Counted from the stretch's first letter, positions 20,259-29,702 are shown. The stretch: DNA of 64,000 bases from an uncultured Chloroflexia bacterium (GCA_963746845.1 CAVVCZ010000004.1:576001-640000), one strand, 5' to 3'. Translations and numbers: made by a program. Notes: generated from the letters alone by a model not told the origin.

Positions 20259-21866
20259 ATGCCATCCAGCGCCCGCGTCGCCTTGCCCGTCGTCGCAGTC
20301 GTCGGCCGGCCGAACGTCGGCAAGAGCACGATCTTCAACCGGTTCGTCGGCAAGCGGCAGGCGATCGTCGAGGATCGCGCCCGGACGACCCGCGACCGGA
20401 TGTACGGCGACGCCGAGTGGAACGGCCGGCGGTTCGTCCTCATCGACACGGGCGGCCTCGAGGTCGACACGGACGACCCGATCGAGCTGAAGGTCCAGGA
20501 GCAGGCGCGGCTCGCGATCCGTGAGGCCGACGTGATCGTCTTCGTCGTCGACGCGATCAGCGGCCTGACCCCTGCTGACCTCGAGGCGGCCGAGCTCCTG
20601 CGGACCGCGAAGGCGCCCGTGATCGTCGCCGCGAACAAGGTCGACAACACCGCCCGCGAGGCCGACGCGGCCGAGTTCTGGTCGCTCGGCTGGGAGGAGA
20701 CCTATGCGATCTCCGCGTCGCACGGGCGCGGGACCGGCGATCTCCTCGACGCGATCGTCTGGTCGCTTCCTCCGGAATCGGAGTCCGAGATCGCCCGGAA
20801 GACGCGTGAGGACGAGGCCGACGCCTGGGCCCAGGAGGTCGCCGCCGGGCGGCTCGAGCCGTTCGTCGTGGGCGAGGCCGAGGACGAGGAGGAGAGCGGC
20901 GTCCCGGACGACGACGGGGTCGCCGCACGCTGGGATGCCGCGATCGCCGCCGAGGCCGAGGATCAGGTCGCCGCGATCGCGTTCGTCGGCCGCCCGAACG
21001 TCGGCAAGTCGTCGCTCCTCAACAGCCTCCTCGGGGAGGATCGCGCGATCGTGTCCGAGGTGCCCGGCACGACCCGCGACGCGATCGACACGACCCTCGA
21101 GTGGGGCCGGAGCGAGGTGGTCCTGATCGACACGGCGGGGATCAAGCGCCGCGGCAAGGTCGCGTCCGGACCGGCTGCCGAGAAGTACTCGACCCTGCGT
21201 TCGCTGAAGGCGATCTCGCGGGCGGATGTGGCCGTGCTCGTCATCGACGCCGTGGAGGGGCTGACCGCCCAGGACGCGCACGTCGCGGGCTACGTCGTCG
21301 ACGAGGGGAGGGGCCTCGTCATCGCGGTCAACAAGTGGGATCTCGTCGAGGACAAGACGGACCGCACGTTCGACCAGTACGTCGAGTGGATCCAGAACGA
21401 GGTCCCGTTCCTCGACTTCGCACCGGTCGTCTCGATCAGCGCGAAGACCGGCCAGCGCGTCGGGCGCGTCCTCGAGCTCGCGATCGACATCTGGGGCGAG
21501 CGCCGCAAGCGCGTCTCGACGGCCGAGCTGAACCGGATCCTGCGGATCGCCCTGGAGCGGCAGCAGCCGCCGGTCGTGAAGGGCCGCCGCCCGAAGCTCT
21601 TCTACGGGACGCAGGCCGGCGTCGCGCCGCCGACCTTCGTGTTCTTCGCGAACGACGCCGCCGCGATCCACTTCAGCTACCGGCGCTATCTCGAGAACCA
21701 GCTCCGGGCCGAATTCGGCTTCGACGGCACGCCGATCAAGCTCGTCTTCCGCAATCGCGAGTCCGTCCGGCTGCCCCGCCGCCGCTCCAATCGCGGTCAC
21801 AGCCCGGTGTCGAAGGGCCCGTCCGGCCAGCGACCGGCCGCCGGCGGTCGACGCCCGAAGCGATGA
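20259..21866 (+). CDS. der: Ribosome biogenesis double GTPase Der
   Basis: Two GRPNVGKS / DTxG / NKxD domains plus C-terminal KH-like [10 protein letters not shown]. Confidence 0.97.
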   Translation: MPSSARVALPVVAVVGRPNVGKSTIFNRFVGKRQAIVEDRARTTRDRMYGDAEWNGRRFVLIDTGGLEVDTDDPIELKVQEQARLAIREADVIVFVVDAISGLTPADLEAAELLRTAKAPVIVAANKVDNTAREADAAEFWSLGWEETYAISASHGRGTGDLLDAIVWSLPPESESEIARKTREDEADAWAQEVAAGRLEPFVVGEAEDEEESGVPDDDGVAARWDAAIAAEAEDQVAAIAFVGRPNVGKSSLLNSLLGEDRAIVSEVPGTTRDAIDTTLEWGRSEVVLIDTAGIKRRGKVASGPAAEKYSTLRSLKAISRADVAVLVIDAVEGLTAQDAHVAGYVVDEGRGLVIAVNKWDLVEDKTDRTFDQYVEWIQNEVPFLDFAPVVSISAKTGQRVGRVLELAIDIWGERRKRVSTAELNRILRIALERQQPPVVKGRRPKLFYGTQAGVAPPTFVFFANDAAAIHFSYRRYLENQLRAEFGFDGTPIKLVFRNRESVRLPRRRSNRGHSPVSKGPSGQRPAAGGRRPKR

Positions 21867-22906
21867 CCGAGTCGGCTCGCGTCGCCGTCGTCGGCGCGGG
21901 TGCCTGGGGGACGACGCTGTCGGTCCTGATCGCCCGGACCGAGCCGGTGGTGCTGCTCGCCCACGACGCCGACGCGGCTTTCCGCATCGATGCCGCCCGC
22001 GAGAACGAGCGTCGCCTGCCGGGCATCAAGCTCCCCCGAGGGGTCTCCGTCTCGGCGGCGCATGAGGACCTGGCCGGCGCCGACCTCGTGATCTATGCCG
22101 TCCCCTCGTCCCACCTCCGGTCGACGGTCGAGCGGACGGCCGCGTCGGTCGCCGCGTCGGCGGACCTCCTGTCGGTCGTCAAGGGCCTCGAGGCGGGCTC
22201 GCTCCTGCGGATGTCGCAGGTGATCGCCGATGCCGGCGGGTTCGCCCCGCGGCGGGTGGCCGCCCTCTCCGGCCCGAACCTGGCGACCGAGATCGCGCGC
22301 GGCCTTCCCGCGTCCGCCGTCGTCGCGGCGGAGGACCCCATGCTCGCCGACCGGATCGCCGAGCGGATCGGCCGCCGCGAGTTCCGGCTGTACGTCAACC
22401 GCGACCTGCTCGGCGTCGAGCTGTGCGGGGCGCTGAAGAACGTCGTCGCCATCGCTGCAGGCGCCGCGGACGGCCTCGGGTTCGGCGACAACGGCAAGGC
22501 CGGGTTGATCACCCGCGGGCTGGCCGAGATGACGCGGCTCGGGATCGCCGCCGGGGCGAACCCGCTGACCTTCGCGGGGCTCGCGGGGATCGGCGACGTC
22601 GTCGCCACGTGCGGCTCGACGCTGTCGAGGAACCACCGGCTCGGCGAGGAGCTGGCGAAGGGCCGTCGATGGTCGGACATCGAGGCCGCCCTGCCGGGCG
22701 TCGCCGAGGGTGCGTACACGGTCGACGCGGCCCTCGGGCTCGCACGCCGGTATGACGTCGAGATGCCGATCGCCCAGGAGGTCCACAAGGCGCTGTTCGA
22801 GGGCAAGAGCGTCCAGCGCTGCCTGGTCGACCTGTTGTCGCGCGAATCGAAGGACGAGCTGGCCGACTTCCCCGCCTGGGCCGACCGCATCCGCGACGGC
22901 GCCTGA
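21863..22906 (+). CDS. gpsA: NAD(P)H-dependent glycerol-3-phosphate dehydrogenase
   Basis: GAGAWG, LSGPN, GALKNV, GLAGIGD and SRN. Confidence 0.95.
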   Translation: MTESARVAVVGAGAWGTTLSVLIARTEPVVLLAHDADAAFRIDAARENERRLPGIKLPRGVSVSAAHEDLAGADLVIYAVPSSHLRSTVERTAASVAASADLLSVVKGLEAGSLLRMSQVIADAGGFAPRRVAALSGPNLATEIARGLPASAVVAAEDPMLADRIAERIGRREFRLYVNRDLLGVELCGALKNVVAIAAGAADGLGFGDNGKAGLITRGLAEMTRLGIAAGANPLTFAGLAGIGDVVATCGSTLSRNHRLGEELAKGRRWSDIEAALPGVAEGAYTVDAALGLARRYDVEMPIAQEVHKALFEGKSVQRCLVDLLSRESKDELADFPAWADRIRDGA

Positions 22907-22908
22907 CG

Positions 22909-23193
22909 GTGGTCTCCGTCGGCCTGGCGATCCTCGCGGCGTACCTGCAGCGCGTGTTCATCACCGCCGTCGCCGATCGGGACCGGGTCGAGAGCCGGCT
23001 CGCCCAGCGGGCGGCGGGTCTCGCCCCGGAGCTGTCCGCGATGGCCGCCCTCCGCGCCGACGCGCGGTACTACATCCGCCAGCTCGGCCGGCGCCAGCCC
23101 CAGCAGGACATCGAGCGGAAGCGGCTCGGCGCCCTCGCCGGCGTCGTGATCGCGAGTGGTGTGCTGCTCTGGCTCCTGTTCGGACCGGCCTGA
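22909..23193 (+). CDS. Small hypothetical membrane protein
   Basis: 94-aa ORF directly after gpsA with hydrophobic termini. Confidence 0.55.
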   Translation: MVSVGLAILAAYLQRVFITAVADRDRVESRLAQRAAGLAPELSAMAALRADARYYIRQLGRRQPQQDIERKRLGALAGVVIASGVLLWLLFGPA

Positions 23194-23294
23194 CGGCCCG
23201 ACCCGTTGCCGGGGAGGCGCGCGACGACTAGGCTCTCCGTCTCGGCGCGATGCACGGCCGCGGCCGGCGAGCCGATCCCGGAGAGGAGACCGTC

Positions 23295-24668
23295 ATGGCG
23301 ACCGTCCTGACCGATCGCACCCGCTTCGTCCTCGATGAGGATCGGATTCCCCGAGCCTGGTACAACATCGCCGCCGACCTCCCGAGCCCGCCGCCGCCGC
23401 CGCTCCATCCCGGAACCGGGCAGCCGCTGGGGCCAGGCGACCTCGCACCGATCTTTCCGATGGAGCTGATCAAGCAGGTCGTCAGCCAGGATCGGGAGAT
23501 CGAGATCCCCGATCCGGTCCGCGATGCCTACAAGCTCTACCGGCCAAGCCCGCTCCATCGCGCCCGCCGGCTCGAGAAGGTGCTCGATACACCCGCCCAC
23601 ATCTACTACAAGTACGAGGGCGGGAGCCCGTCGGGCAGCCACAAGCCGAACACGGCGCTCGCCCAGGCGTTCTACAACAAGAACGAGGGCGCGACGCGCC
23701 TGGCGACCGAGACCGGCGCCGGGCAGTGGGGGAGCGCCCTCGCGTTCGCCGGCGCGGCGTTCGATCTGGAGATCAAGGTCTTCATGGTCCGGGCGAGCTA
23801 CGACCAGAAGCCGTACCGCCGGATCCTCATGGAGACGTACGGCGCGACCGTCGTGCCGAGTCCCTCGCCCGACACGGAGTACGGCCGGAGGGTGCTCGCG
23901 GAGACGCCCGGCCATACGGGCTCCCTCGGGCTCGCGATCAGCGAAGCGATCGAGGACACGGTCACCCATCCGGGCACGAAATACTCACTTGGCTCGGTGT
24001 TCGATTTCGTGCTCCTCCACCAGACCGTGATCGGGCAGGAGTCGATCGAGCAGATGGCATTGGCCGGCGAGGAGCCGGACGTGATCATCGGCTGCGCGGG
24101 CGGCGGCTCGAACTTCGCGGGACTGACGTTCCCGTGGCTCGGCCAGACGTTCCGGGGCGGGCGGAAGTACCGCGTGATCGCGGCCGAGCCCGAAGCGGCC
24201 CCGTCGCTGACGCGTGGCGTCTACGCCTACGACTTCGGCGACACGGGGAAGATGGCGCCGATCGTGAAGATGCACACGCTCGGCTCCGACTTCATCCCTG
24301 ATCCGATCCACGCCGGCGGGCTTCGGTACCACGGGATGGCGCCGCTCGTGTCGCACCTCCTGGAGCTCGGGGCGATCGAGGCCCGGAGCGTCCACCAGCT
24401 CGCGAGCTTCGCGGCGGGCGTCCAGTTCGCCCGAGCCGAGGGCATCCTGCCCGCGCCCGAGCCGACGCACGCGCTCAAGGTCGCGATCGACGAGGCGCTC
24501 GACGCCAGGGAGAAGGGCGAGGAGCGGGTGATCCTGTTCAACCTGTGCGGCCACGGCCACTTCGACCTGTCGGCCTACGAGAAGTACCTGGCCGGCACGC
24601 TCGAGGACTACGAGTACCCGGACGCGGCGGTCAGGAAGGCGCAGGAGTCGCTCCCGAAGGTCGGGTGA
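23295..24668 (+). CDS. trpB2: Tryptophan synthase beta chain type 2 (TrpB2)
   Basis: GSHKPN, TETGAGQWG, GGGSNF and NLCGHG; AGGAG RBS; no trpA adjacent. Confidence 0.93.
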   Translation: MATVLTDRTRFVLDEDRIPRAWYNIAADLPSPPPPPLHPGTGQPLGPGDLAPIFPMELIKQVVSQDREIEIPDPVRDAYKLYRPSPLHRARRLEKVLDTPAHIYYKYEGGSPSGSHKPNTALAQAFYNKNEGATRLATETGAGQWGSALAFAGAAFDLEIKVFMVRASYDQKPYRRILMETYGATVVPSPSPDTEYGRRVLAETPGHTGSLGLAISEAIEDTVTHPGTKYSLGSVFDFVLLHQTVIGQESIEQMALAGEEPDVIIGCAGGGSNFAGLTFPWLGQTFRGGRKYRVIAAEPEAAPSLTRGVYAYDFGDTGKMAPIVKMHTLGSDFIPDPIHAGGLRYHGMAPLVSHLLELGAIEARSVHQLASFAAGVQFARAEGILPAPEPTHALKVAIDEALDAREKGEERVILFNLCGHGHFDLSAYEKYLAGTLEDYEYPDAAVRKAQESLPKVG

Positions 24669-24695
24669 GCCGGGATCACACCCCGCGATCGCGCT

Positions 24696-24799
24696 CGACT
24701 CGCAACTCGAGTCAGATCGGCCGCGTGTGAGCGTGATCGGATGCTCGCCAGCAAGCAGCGGAGCGTACGCGGCCCCGAATTGACCCGAGATTCGAGTCG
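24696..24799. repeat. Long imperfect inverted repeat (REP/MITE-like)
   Basis: CGACTCG/CGAGTCG, CTCGAGTCA/TGACCCGAG and GGCCGCGT/ACGCGGCC nested arms. Confidence 0.55.
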
Positions 24800-24839
24800 G
24801 CCGTCCGCCCGCCGCCCGGTGCTAGACTGGGCGGCCTGT

Positions 24840-24916
24840 CGGGGCGTGGCGCAGTCTGGTAGCGCACCAGTCTGGGGGACTGGTGGTCGTCGGTTCAAAT
24901 CCGGCCGCCCCGACCA
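24840..24916 (+). tRNA. tRNA-Pro(GGG)
   Basis: Cloverleaf CGGGGCG...CGCCCCG-A-CCA; anticodon arm CCAGT-CTGGGGG-ACTGG; GTTCAAATC; TAGACT -10 upstream. Confidence 0.97.
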
Positions 24917-25132
24917 ATTCCCCCGCACAAAATGGCACTCCAAGGGCGGAGTGTGCCCGGTGCTGGCAGCAACAGAGCGCGGCGGCCCTAGGTGTACACC
25001 TGGCGCACAGAAAGAGGCGCCCCGCCCGGGCAGCTCTAGTCCGCGCCCACCCCGGCGTGTCGTGTGGCTGTCGCGGGCCGTGAGGGCGGCGATCGATCCG
25101 GTCGGCTCACCCCGATCCGAGGCCGGTCACCG

Positions 25133-26071
25133 TCAGTGCCAGCTGTTGCCGCCCCCGTTGGAGATCCGGCCGACGATCACCGCGCGACCGACCGAGGCCC
25201 TCGTCACGGAGTTGGAGACCGTGCCCGTGTTGTCGGACCCGAAGTCCATGGCCACGCCGGTGCCGTGACCGGAGTCCGACACCCGCCAGCCGCTGATGTT
25301 GACACCGGCGGTGTGGTTGCGGAGGACCAGCGCCCAGTTGGCGTTGGCGACCGTCCAGTTGCGGGCGGTGAGGTGGTAGACCGAGGCGCCCGAGCCCCCG
25401 GTGTAGACATGCAGGCCGCTGACTCCGTAGCGGCCGCCGGGGACGCTGGACGCTTGGAGGTGGGACAGGCTGAAGCCATTGAACATCAGGTCGTGCGAGC
25501 CCCTCGAGACGTAGACCACGTGGGTATTCGTGCTGTTGCTCGCCGAGGTGGCGGCCACGTACCGGACGGTGACGCACCGGGCCGTGATGTAGCTCGAGCC
25601 GATGAGCAGGAAGACCCCGGTCTGGCCGAGCAGGTAGTGCTGGAAGACGAACCGGCCGGGGCAGCCGTCGAGGGTGATATGCGCGGCGCCCGAGAAGTAG
25701 AACGCCGGGTCGCTGTAACGCCTGTCGTTGGTTGCGTCGAAGGTCACCGTCGCACCCGGTGCGGGCCGGATCACGAGCGGCGTCCTCCGGGTGATCAGGG
25801 CCCACCGCCAGCTGTGATACACGCCGCCGGACATCTCGATGACGCCGACCGACGGGTTCGCGACCAGCGCCCTGAACGACGACACGCTGATGCTCGGGGA
25901 GACCCGCCGAACTGACCCTGCCGCCGTCGCGACCGATGCCGGGACGATCACGAGGGCCAGCAGTGCGACGGTGGCCAGAGCGATGAAGGCTCTGGTGCGA
26001 TGAGAGCGATGTGCGGGTCGTGGTCGGGGCGGGACGGGCTCGGATGCCCAACGGTCGCCATGCCTGAACAT
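25133..26071 (-). CDS. Secreted protein, probable right-handed parallel beta-helix
   Basis: AAGGAG RBS; signal-like AFIALATVALLALVIVPASVATA; beta-strand/Asn-Gly-Ser-rich periodicity. Confidence 0.7.
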   Translation of the reverse strand: MFRHGDRWASEPVPPRPRPAHRSHRTRAFIALATVALLALVIVPASVATAAGSVRRVSPSISVSSFRALVANPSVGVIEMSGGVYHSWRWALITRRTPLVIRPAPGATVTFDATNDRRYSDPAFYFSGAAHITLDGCPGRFVFQHYLLGQTGVFLLIGSSYITARCVTVRYVAATSASNSTNTHVVYVSRGSHDLMFNGFSLSHLQASSVPGGRYGVSGLHVYTGGSGASVYHLTARNWTVANANWALVLRNHTAGVNISGWRVSDSGHGTGVAMDFGSDNTGTVSNSVTRASVGRAVIVGRISNGGGNSWH

Positions 26072-26080
26072 CGATCGCAT

Positions 26081-26162
26081 CTCCTTTCGGCAACCCGGCT
26101 GACTCGAGAGTCCCGTGGCTTTGCGGCCCCGCCTCACGACGGGTGTGCTATTTCGTGGAACC
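26081..26162 (-). promoter_or_regulatory. GEMM-I (c-di-GMP-I class) riboswitch, A20 variant (predicted 3',3'-cGAMP)
   Basis: Minus strand TTCCACGAAATAGCACACCCGTC-GTGA-GGCGGGGCCGCAAAGCCACGGGACTCTCGAGTCAGCCGGGTTGCCGAAAGGAG; P2 with GNRA loop, GCAAAG junction, P3. Confidence 0.88.
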
Positions 26163-26660
26163 CCTTGCGACCAGGCGATCGGCGGTCGCAACAACAGAAG
26201 CATCCACCCGAGATGGGCCGGAGGCCATAGCGAATGTGGGCCTGCAGGCGGACCCGGTGGTCGTGTCACCCAGGCCGACGTCTGGTGGAGACGGAGGCGG
26301 TCGGGAGGGGGCGTCCTGGGGGACGTTCGTGGGGGCCACGTCGCACTAGTCTACCCATTTGCGGATCGGACTTCGGGTCGTCACCGCAAGGAAGGCAGTC
26401 CAGAACGCTAAACCTTTCCCCCGGACTGATACTCCGCCTTCGCCTTGCCCTGGCCGATGTACTCGTTCGTGGCGATGCTGAACTGGTACTCGCTCTCCTG
26501 TGGTCCGCCGGAAGAAGAACTACGCGCTGTCCCCGGCCCATGGCAGCAACGCTGGCACCAATAGGGCCGCATATCGGCACCCACGCGACCCCCGATTAGA
26601 CCGCGTTTACGCACAAACCGTACGCCCGCAACCGCCGGCGTACGCTACGGGCAAGCCTGC

Positions 26661-26701
26661 GGGACTGGTGGTCCTCGGTTCAAATCCGGCCGCTCCGACC
26701 A
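26661..26701 (+). repeat. attR-like copy of the tRNA-Pro 3' half
   Basis: GGGACTGGTGGTCCTCGGTTCAAATCCGGCCGCTCCGACCA. Confidence 0.9.
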
Positions 26702-26715
26702 ACATCCGAACGTGA

Positions 26716-26748
26716 AACGACCCCGCCGGTAGTCCGAGCGGGGTCGTT
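26716..26748. terminator. Hairpin, likely the displaced tRNA terminator
   Basis: AACGACCCCGC-N11-GCGGGGTCGTT perfect 11-bp stem, 14 nt after the repeat. Confidence 0.65.
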
Positions 26749-27122
26749 GACCGCAGTTCTGGCTCGCGACGTCCTCCCGTCGCGCGTGGGGCCGTCACGA
26801 GCGCCCCGGCTTCCCACAGTGCGACTCCAAACCCCTTCAATCCGATCCTCTGGCCAGCCTGGCCAACTCGCTGACGTCGCAACACCCTTGAAGTACCCAC
26901 GCCGCAAGTCCCAGAACTCGGCACGGTCCCGATGCTCGGCAACTCGTCGCTTGTGCTCCTGCAGCAAGCCAAAGAGGACGTCGTCGAGCCCGGGCGAGCC
27001 AGTCGAGCGGCCAATCTTCACCATAGGTCCGACTCGGCTCCGCGTAGCGAACGATCAGGCCAGCGACACCGGGCAATTCAAGGCGACCGAGAGGCCGTAA
27101 CGAAACGGCTGGAATAGCGTCG

Positions 27123-27416
27123 ATGTCGCATGAAGTGGCACGGATGATTCGCGACCGGCCGCTGGCCCATCTCGCCGGGATCGCCGGCATCGTCGGCCAG
27201 TTGGCGAGCGCCTACTGGTACCTCCTATTCCCGTTGCTGGTCGTCCCGTCGCCCACGAGCTACTTCTTCTTCGCAGCGTGGTTCGTCCTGGTCGGGCTCA
27301 CGATCGCCTGGTGGCGAGACCATCCGATGCGTTCGTTCTTCGTTCCGGTCGTGTCGGTGCCGGTCGCAATCCTGCTCCAGTGGGTCGGCACGACATACCT
27401 TGGCTGGGCGCCATGA
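27123..27416 (+). CDS. Small hypothetical membrane protein (about 3 TM)
   Basis: Hydrophobic, Trp-rich 97-aa ORF ending LGWAP. Confidence 0.7.
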   Translation: MSHEVARMIRDRPLAHLAGIAGIVGQLASAYWYLLFPLLVVPSPTSYFFFAAWFVLVGLTIAWWRDHPMRSFFVPVVSVPVAILLQWVGTTYLGWAP

Positions 27417-27644
27417 GAGCGTCACCGACCTCGTTCCGGACGCCGGTGGCAGCCTCCGGAACCCTGATCGCGGTCACATGCAATGGATTGGCTACGTGTG
27501 ACAGCCAGGCCGGCGGCGTCGACGGGCCGTCTTGCGTCTGCGACGGCGCAACGGAACGGTGAGCGAAGCGTTTCCTTGACGGGAGCGCCACAGTGAACCG
27601 CACTCAGTCAGCGAGGTCTGCCGATGCAGACGCGGGAGGTTCCG

Positions 27645-28067
27645 ATGACAGATCCCGAGCTCGACTCCAATCGCCGCGAGACCATCAGCCGCTTCTTCGC
27701 GGCGATCCAGGCGGGCGACTACGCCGTCCTGCGGGAGGTGCTGACAGCCGACGCGATCACCCGCTGGCCGCAAACGGGCGAGCGCATGACCAGTGCGATG
27801 AGTTGCATCCGGGTCTACGAAAACTACCCCGGGGGACCGCCGTCCTACACCGTTCATCGGATCTCGGGCAGCGGAGACGTGTGGGTCGCGGAGTTGGTGT
27901 CCAGCTACAGCGATGGACGCTGGTACACGGTCAGCGTCATCGAGTTCGACGGGGAGCAGATCGCACGGATGACCGACTACTTCGGACCGACCATCCCTGC
28001 CCCGGAGTGGCGAGCGGCGTTGGTTGAGCACGACGAGTTCATGCTCTTGCCAAGTGAGCCAGGTTAG
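27645..28067 (+). CDS. SnoaL/NTF2-like protein
   Basis: DAITRWPQTGER, GSGDVWVAE and TDYFG; GGAGG RBS. Confidence 0.85.
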   Translation: MTDPELDSNRRETISRFFAAIQAGDYAVLREVLTADAITRWPQTGERMTSAMSCIRVYENYPGGPPSYTVHRISGSGDVWVAELVSSYSDGRWYTVSVIEFDGEQIARMTDYFGPTIPAPEWRAALVEHDEFMLLPSEPG

Positions 28068-28089
28068 AAGCACAGCGAGGCCAGACGAC

Positions 28090-28530
28090 ATGCGACCGCC
28101 ATCGTCTGCACTCGACGGCGATGGGACGCTCTACGCCTTCCTTTTCCTGGGCTGGATCCCGCCCGCGGTGGCGGCCGTGGTCGGCGGGCTGATCGTCGCA
28201 TTCGCCACGGGCAACATCTTTGCACTCGTCGGGGTCGCCCTCGTCGGGACCGTGGTCGGCTATGTCGCCTGTCTCGCGGTGCTCTTCACCATCGGCAATC
28301 TCCTCGCTGGGCGGGTGGGCGAGCGAGTCGCGAATGGGTTCCTCGTGTTGAATGTCGCGTTCTCGGTTGCCGCCGCGCTCGCCGTCGCCGTCGCCGTCGC
28401 CGCGTCGGGTTTCAAGTTCGATCCAGTTCTCTTCGACGCGGTCGTCCAGGCGATGACGACCGTTCTCGGGCTCATCCTGATCGCCGGGATGATCGTCGCA
28501 CTCGCCCTCATGCGGAGGTCGCGGTCCTGA
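28090..28530 (+). CDS. Hypothetical membrane protein
   Basis: 4 hydrophobic segments. Confidence 0.6.
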   Translation: MRPPSSALDGDGTLYAFLFLGWIPPAVAAVVGGLIVAFATGNIFALVGVALVGTVVGYVACLAVLFTIGNLLAGRVGERVANGFLVLNVAFSVAAALAVAVAVAASGFKFDPVLFDAVVQAMTTVLGLILIAGMIVALALMRRSRS

Positions 28531-28534
28531 CGGG

Positions 28535-28738
28535 CTATCGCCACGAAGCGAGCATCCACGCCCAGCCGGCCTCCCAGTAGCGTCCGTCACGCTCGAGGCC
28601 GTCCCGGGCCGCCTGGAGCTCCCACCCGGCCATCAAGGCCTCGGCGCGCTCAGGAGACTCGCCTTCGCCGATGAGACGCTGGAGCGTGCCGGCGCGATGC
28701 GCCTGGTAGATGCGTTCGGGCGTCGATCGGCGGGACAT
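28535..28738 (-). CDS. Small hypothetical protein (67 aa)
   Basis: AGGAGG RBS; MSRRSTPERIYQAHRAG...RYWEAGWAW. Confidence 0.7.
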   Translation of the reverse strand: MSRRSTPERIYQAHRAGTLQRLIGEGESPERAEALMAGWELQAARDGLERDGRYWEAGWAWMLASWR

Positions 28739-28885
28739 CGGCGACCTCCTGCGATGGGGTCGCGCGCCGGCACTCGGCGACCGTGGTTGGCGTGTCCGAC
28801 CGTAGCACTTCCGGCCCATTGATCGGCCCGGGCCGGTGCCGTTCGATTTGGGGTAGGTGGGGCCAAGAGAGCAGGAGTCGCGCGC

Positions 28886-29428
28886 GTGACGTACGTCTGG
28901 CCAGTCTTGTACGTGCTGGCGTTCCTCATCTTGTACACCCTAGCTGCCGGCACCCTCGAGATCAGTGGGATCAGCGCCGCGATCACCAAGCTGGCGCTCA
29001 CCGGCCAGAGGGTCCCCTACTCCAGGGCCCTCGAGTGGTACAACCTGGTGACCGAGGTCCTCGGGCTCATCATCGCCTTCTGCGCGACGCTGGCGACCTG
29101 GTCGATCCGACACCCGGGTGGGGTCCGATCGAAGGTGAATCGGATCGTCGATTCGACGAAGGCACCGAGCGTCCGTGTCCTCGTCGCGTGGTGGGTCATC
29201 GCACCCTTCACGCTCGGCCTCGGCTACATCGCCGCGATCTATTCGTCATGGCGTTTCGCGACCGGCCACCGAAACGGTCGAGCGCCATCGGATCCCGCGC
29301 AGCAGGCGCCCGCGCAGGCAGATGCGCTCGCGTCACGTCTGGCGCAGCTGGACGCAGCTCGCGATGCCGGGCTGATCACGAACCAAGAGCACGCCGACAA
29401 GCGAGCGGCCGCGGTCCAAGCCTTCTAG
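28886..29428 (+). CDS. Membrane protein with C-terminal SHOCT-like domain
   Basis: 3 TM; LAQLDAARDAGLITNQEHADKR; AGGAG RBS. Confidence 0.65.
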   Translation: MTYVWPVLYVLAFLILYTLAAGTLEISGISAAITKLALTGQRVPYSRALEWYNLVTEVLGLIIAFCATLATWSIRHPGGVRSKVNRIVDSTKAPSVRVLVAWWVIAPFTLGLGYIAAIYSSWRFATGHRNGRAPSDPAQQAPAQADALASRLAQLDAARDAGLITNQEHADKRAAAVQAF

Positions 29429-29458
29429 AACGACGGAGGGCCTGGATACCCTTTGACC

Positions 29459-29620
29459 ATGAGCCCATCTGGCGATTGCCGGGGAATGGTGAAGCGCGCG
29501 TTCGTCCGCGAAGACGGACGCTGGATCGAGGTCGGCATCTTCTGCCCGGCCTGCAGGGGATTCTGGCCGACGCTCGAGGCGGCCCGATCGCACAAGGCCC
29601 CGGTAAGCAGCTCGCGCTAG
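29459..29620 (+). CDS. 53-aa Cys-containing small protein
   Basis: MSPSGDCRGMVKRAFVREDGRWIEVGIFCPACRGFW...; below the ORF-track cutoff. Confidence 0.4.
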   Translation: MSPSGDCRGMVKRAFVREDGRWIEVGIFCPACRGFWPTLEAARSHKAPVSSSR

Positions 29621-29702
29621 GGTCCGGATCGCTCGCCGCTCCGGGTGTCGGCTACGTCTCGAGGCTAGATCGACGGCGACGGCGGGCCGCTATCCTCGGT
29701 CG

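Larger units (their letters stand above)
24876..26701. mobile_element. Integrase-less genomic islet integrated in tRNA-Pro
   Basis: 41-bp direct repeat of the tRNA 3' end (24876-24916 vs 26661-26701, 2 mismatches). Confidence 0.8.

Noticed and set aside
17799-21800. 1333-aa minus-strand ORF and many other long overlapping ORFs
   Set aside because: Antisense or alternate-frame shadows of well-supported genes, expected at this GC content; Arg/Pro/Gly-rich with no motifs
26408-26500. Minus-strand fragment ESEYQFSIATNEYIGQGKAKAEYQSGGKV*
   Set aside because: Looks like a decayed gene 3' end inside the islet, but has no credible start or recognisable family
26680-27024. 114-aa minus-strand ORF
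   Set aside because: Runs through the hairpin and att repeat; possibly a remnant, not supportable as a gene
27553-27580. GGAAC-N16-CCTTGAC upstream of the SnoaL gene as a fourth ECF promoter
   Set aside because: Spacing is 2-3 nt short and there is a mismatch in the downstream element
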